Assembly (NCBI GenBank): GCA_047495785.1
Contig: JBLDXI010000042.1
Location: forward strand, 2,852,001 to 2,916,000
Direction of reading: 5' to 3'
DNA: 64,000 nt
Source of the DNA: Lepidodermella squamata
Taxonomy: Eukaryota; Animalia; Gastrotricha
Positions 60,104 through 64,000 of the stretch are shown here, in pieces. The notes under the pieces were generated by a model. It did not search any database. It was not told the origin of the DNA and saw nothing but the letters and a program-made list of their open reading frames with translations. Within the stretch, counting starts at the first letter, position 1. Every line of letters starts with the position of its first letter. Position numbers and translations under genes: made by a program.

Positions 60104-60465
60104 TTCTTACTAAACTTAATCAATTATAAAGATTTTCTAAAAAGACAATACGAATAGAACATTATCATTCAATTCATTAAAACAGACGCAATCGTATTAT
60201 TCATATCTTTTTCTTTACACAAGACACCGAGAAAAAGCATACCTCGTAATTCTGAAAGAAACTCGTATTCTAATTCACTTCAACATATAAAACTGGCAAT
60301 GTGGAGGTACGATGACGGAACGAAAACAAAATTATAGAGAGAAACATCTTTTCCTATTAAACAAACGCAAGCTAGATTGAGAAAAACAATTGAGCTTGTT
60401 TTGCTATAATCTTCTAATTCTGACCTTCCAAGTGGGGTCAGTTGAGAGCACTTTCAAGAGGAGAA

Positions 60466-61001
60466 TCATGGCGGAAGTTGAACGTTCCTGAACCGAAGAG
60501 CTTGCTCACGCACGCGACGGTCGTATTCATTACGATTTTGCATGTAGATGGTGTAAGCTTCAGCTTGAGCAGGATCCTTAGGATTAGGAGCATCGAGCAG
60601 GTCCTGAATACCAAGTAGCAACTGCTTGATCGTAATTGAAGGCCTCCAGTCTTTTTCTTCGTCCAAAATCGAGAGACAAACTGTGCCCGATGGATAGATG
60701 TTGGGATGAAAAATTGGCCTAAAGATGATGTTATATAACAGCTGATCAATAAATTGAAAACATACGGTTCGAAACGAGCCTTCGGAGGAGTCGACGGAAA
60801 TTCATCCTTGAAAGCTAAGATTAGCTTAAACTGGCCGCCTTCCCATAGCGTGCCTTTCTTGCCGGGAATAATGCATTCCCAATTGAAAAGATTCATAGTT
60901 CCGTCTGGATTCTTCGATGGGCGAGCAACAAATCCGAACGGATGATCTTGTCGCCAAGCCTTTCGTTCCTCCATTAGACGACCCAAGGCAATACCAGCCA
61001 T
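60466..61001 (-). CDS. UBE2I: SUMO-conjugating enzyme UBC9, 2 exons
   Basis: [74 protein letters not shown]. Confidence 0.95.
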
Positions 61002-61599
61002 TATCAATAAAACAGGAACTCTATCAATTCAAAAAAGGAAATCTGAGTGAAATTCATCGCATCAGAATCGGCATAAGTATGATCGCCCTACAGCAGACCG
61101 GAAAAAATAAACTTTACAAGTCGCAAAATGAAACATGAACATTTCGTGTTCAACCCGATATTTGAGGCGGGACTTCGGGATTGTTCACCGGGGCCAAGGA
61201 CTTGCGGTGAATCAGAATCAGAGATACTCAGAAATCTTTGAAAAAGTTCAGGGACATTAGTTCTCATCGTGCTAAGTGGGATATCCGGTCGAAAAAAAAC
61301 GATCGACACGTCAGCAGTTTTCCAGACCCACTCCACGTGATCTCAGCAGTTTCGCGCCACTTTTTATATGGCTTTGACGCATTTTTTGTTATCTAAATTG
61401 ATAAAAATTGAAAATTTAGAGGTTCTGATTTACACAATATTTAAAATTTAGCGTCGTTAGTTTCATTATGATCGTGCCTCAAGCGACTTCGTGAACAGGT
61501 GGTTTCACTTTTTCGGGTTTTACCACTGAGCCTGTGACCCACCTCTGACTACGGATACTAATTCACGTCACTCGAGTCCCCTGAATTCGCGCTCTTAAC

Positions 61600-64000
61600 A
61601 TGCTGGTCACGCAGAAGGATTCGAATAAAGAAAAGAGTAAATTGATTGAGCGTTATCTGGCTTCCTTTGGACCCATTGAAAAAGCAATGCATCATGCTTT
61701 GAGAGAAATGGACGATAGTGTAAAGTCTGGTCGGCATTATTTTGGGTCTGTATGGCGACTGATTGGGACAAACCTTGAGAAGACTGCAACCTATTGCGAA
61801 ATAAGTACAGAAAATCATATGTCTATATTGCTTGACCAAGTTCCGAATGGAAGAATGAAGCTCAACGGCTTTCTGAAAGGCGATGAGCTTACTGTGAAGT
61901 CTCGGCAGATACCAGATTTCACTCTATATGGGCTCGGTGGACTACTGCGAATCGTTGATCCGCATCGCCTCAAACAAGTATTTAGTCTTTGCCGGAAGTT
62001 GCTGGTAAACTCGGGAAAATTTCCTATGTATGGCGGGCAAGGTAAACGCGCCTACGGCGTTATCAATGTCGTAACAAGCATATTTGGCGATGCTGCTCTT
62101 CATCGAGAAGTTAATCCGCACCCTAGCGCGCTTCATATTTATCGATTGTTCACAGCTAGTGCGACTAATGTTGCTTATTCTTCGGACTCGCGGGCGAGTG
62201 CTCATTTGATCGACGGTTTGGTAAATGCCATTAGCAGGGAAATTTTCAACTTGAAGTGCTCTGGTGATTCCCACGTGTATCAGGATTCCCTATTTGGAGT
62301 TAGTTTGAGCACTCAGATGGCATCATCATTCGACAGCTCAGTTCCTTTTATCTATCTTGATCGATTTTTGTCGCTTGAAAAACTGAAGCAGTTCGTTCAT
62401 CGAGTACTTTTCTCTCACGAGTCTCGAAAATCTGATGAATCTGAACTCGTTCTAAATTGCTATGTAGTCAACGATTTTGAAAATACCGAAAAAGGTATCT
62501 CTGATCTGCCTCATCTCTTCCCTGCCCATATTCACTACAGCTGGTCGCTTGTAAAGCCATCGGGGCCAAATGAAGTACTATCAACTGTATTACACGGCGG
62601 ACAACCTCCATTGGCTTTATTATTCTCATCTGTATTCGATGATCTTTCAGCGTTGCAATCCTATCTCAGATTATTTGATTCTCCACAATCAGTCAATGCT
62701 GTACCTAATGCGAATGATGTATTTTCCCTTCGACAATTTTATCAAGAACGCCTAGCGTTTTTTGCTAAAAATCGTTCATTTGATAACATTTTCGAACTGA
62801 CTCTGTCTATTCTTGCTTTTGGTTGCACTATCGGTCCACCAATATTTGGCCGTGATGTGGACGCGGGTGTTCAAAATCAGTTACTAGAGTCAGCCACCAA
62901 GCTTTTCTCCTCTAATGCGTCGGCTCTGAGAGCTTTGATCAACTATGGTCTCGGGTTAGGAATCTGCGGGTCACGGTTCGTTGGCGCTAACGAAGTTTCT
63001 TCGAAAGGAAATGGAAGGTGGTACAATTTAGTAAGTACGCATAGAAATGTGTTTTGCTCTAGCTACAATTTTGTGTGCACAGGCTTGCCGGAACTTCGCG
63101 GATCGGATAAATGGGTTCTTCGGCGTCGATCCTATACACTATCGAACAGTTCCAACCGCAGACTCATCACCGATCACAAATTTACTGCTAACCACAGCCG
63201 CGGCCCTCCATCAGCCGGATTTGGACGAAGTTCCCATCTGCATGGCTGGCTTGCCCAATATCATAGCTGGCATTGCGATGTACTCTCAAGTCTATTGGCT
63301 GGGCGTAGCATCAGTCGCAACTCTGGCTCATTGCCCTTTCCTGCTGATGACCATAGGCAATTTGAGAAATAATCAACACATAAATGTTGTGCCGGAGCAA
63401 CTTTACGAATCGACAAAACCATTGGAAATTAAAGAGGTCGTTTCCTTGTTTATGAACTATCCTTCTCTTATCAACCCCACATCAATCGGCCATGAAACTT
63501 CCACATCTTATTTACGTGAAATGATGAGGAAGGAATTTCATACTGACTTCAGTCAAATGACTCACGAAATGCTGGTGTCAACGTTGCAAAGCACTCCAAA
63601 AGCTTTAGCAGATCCGCCTGATACTCGCTATCAAGCACCCAACGATTCCTGGCTTTCGATTGGCGGACGACTCGCAAAGTTGGCATCAGTTAGAAACTTT
63701 GCGCAAACGACCGATAGTGGCCGGCGAATTCGGTCCGAAAAACGGCATTCGAATTTGGTTCTGGGAGCACATCCAGCGCTACATCATCATTTGTCACACT
63801 GTAGCAACTGCGATGCGTTTGCTAATCGCGTTTTCGCATTGATGGAATTTGTAAACCCTCGAAGTCACTACCCGGAATGCTTCAGACCAGTTTTAGCGCT
63901 CAGCGGGACATCGGCACTGATGTGCTCTTACACGTCCCCGGACCCGAGAGTTCCCCTGCCGCCAATTGTCATGTCTCAGTTTTGGCTGCCAACTTCAGAA
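61600..64000 (+). CDS. Large uncharacterised, probably helical-repeat protein; multi-exon; start uncertain, 3'-partial
   Basis: 590-codon ORF with Leu/Ser-rich helical composition; coding-like sequence continues to the window end. Family not recognised. Confidence 0.5.

Noticed and set aside
61600-63372. Assigning a gene name (e.g. focadhesin-like) to the last ORF
   Set aside because: No diagnostic motif could be recognised with confidence.

Overview
Eukaryotic (animal, probably non-arthropod and non-nematode invertebrate) genomic DNA with compact genes and very short (~50-60 bp) GT-AG introns. The main discovery is at ~4.9-12.4 kb: the left part of a Polinton/Maverick-like virus-derived element. 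It starts with an AGTAGT terminus, is interrupted 12 bp in by a young 1.95-kb element with 505-bp TIRs, and then carries degenerate (CCCTAA)n telomeric arrays interleaved with E2F-type TTTCCCGCCAAA sites. It also carries a divergent intronless TATA-binding-protein-like gene and a protein-primed PolB gene that is split by at least six host-sized spliceosomal introns and truncated after the exonuclease domain. The element sits between two paralogous class C (GABA-B-like) GPCR genes. The rest of the window holds an intronless GH28 polygalacturonase-like gene (HGT candidate), a third class C GPCR, two soluble AChBP-like genes (one disrupted), a TEP/alpha-2-macroglobulin lacking both thioester and signal peptide, a dispanin-like gene, a GPI mucin, a CBM14-LamG-sushi receptor, two ER FKBPs, two ACADVL paralogues with different intron content, GFM1 with a nested antisense class A GPCR, RHBDD1, UBC9 and a partial unknown gene. 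All calls come from reading motifs and splice sites by eye; no database searches were run and exon boundaries are approximate unless stated.
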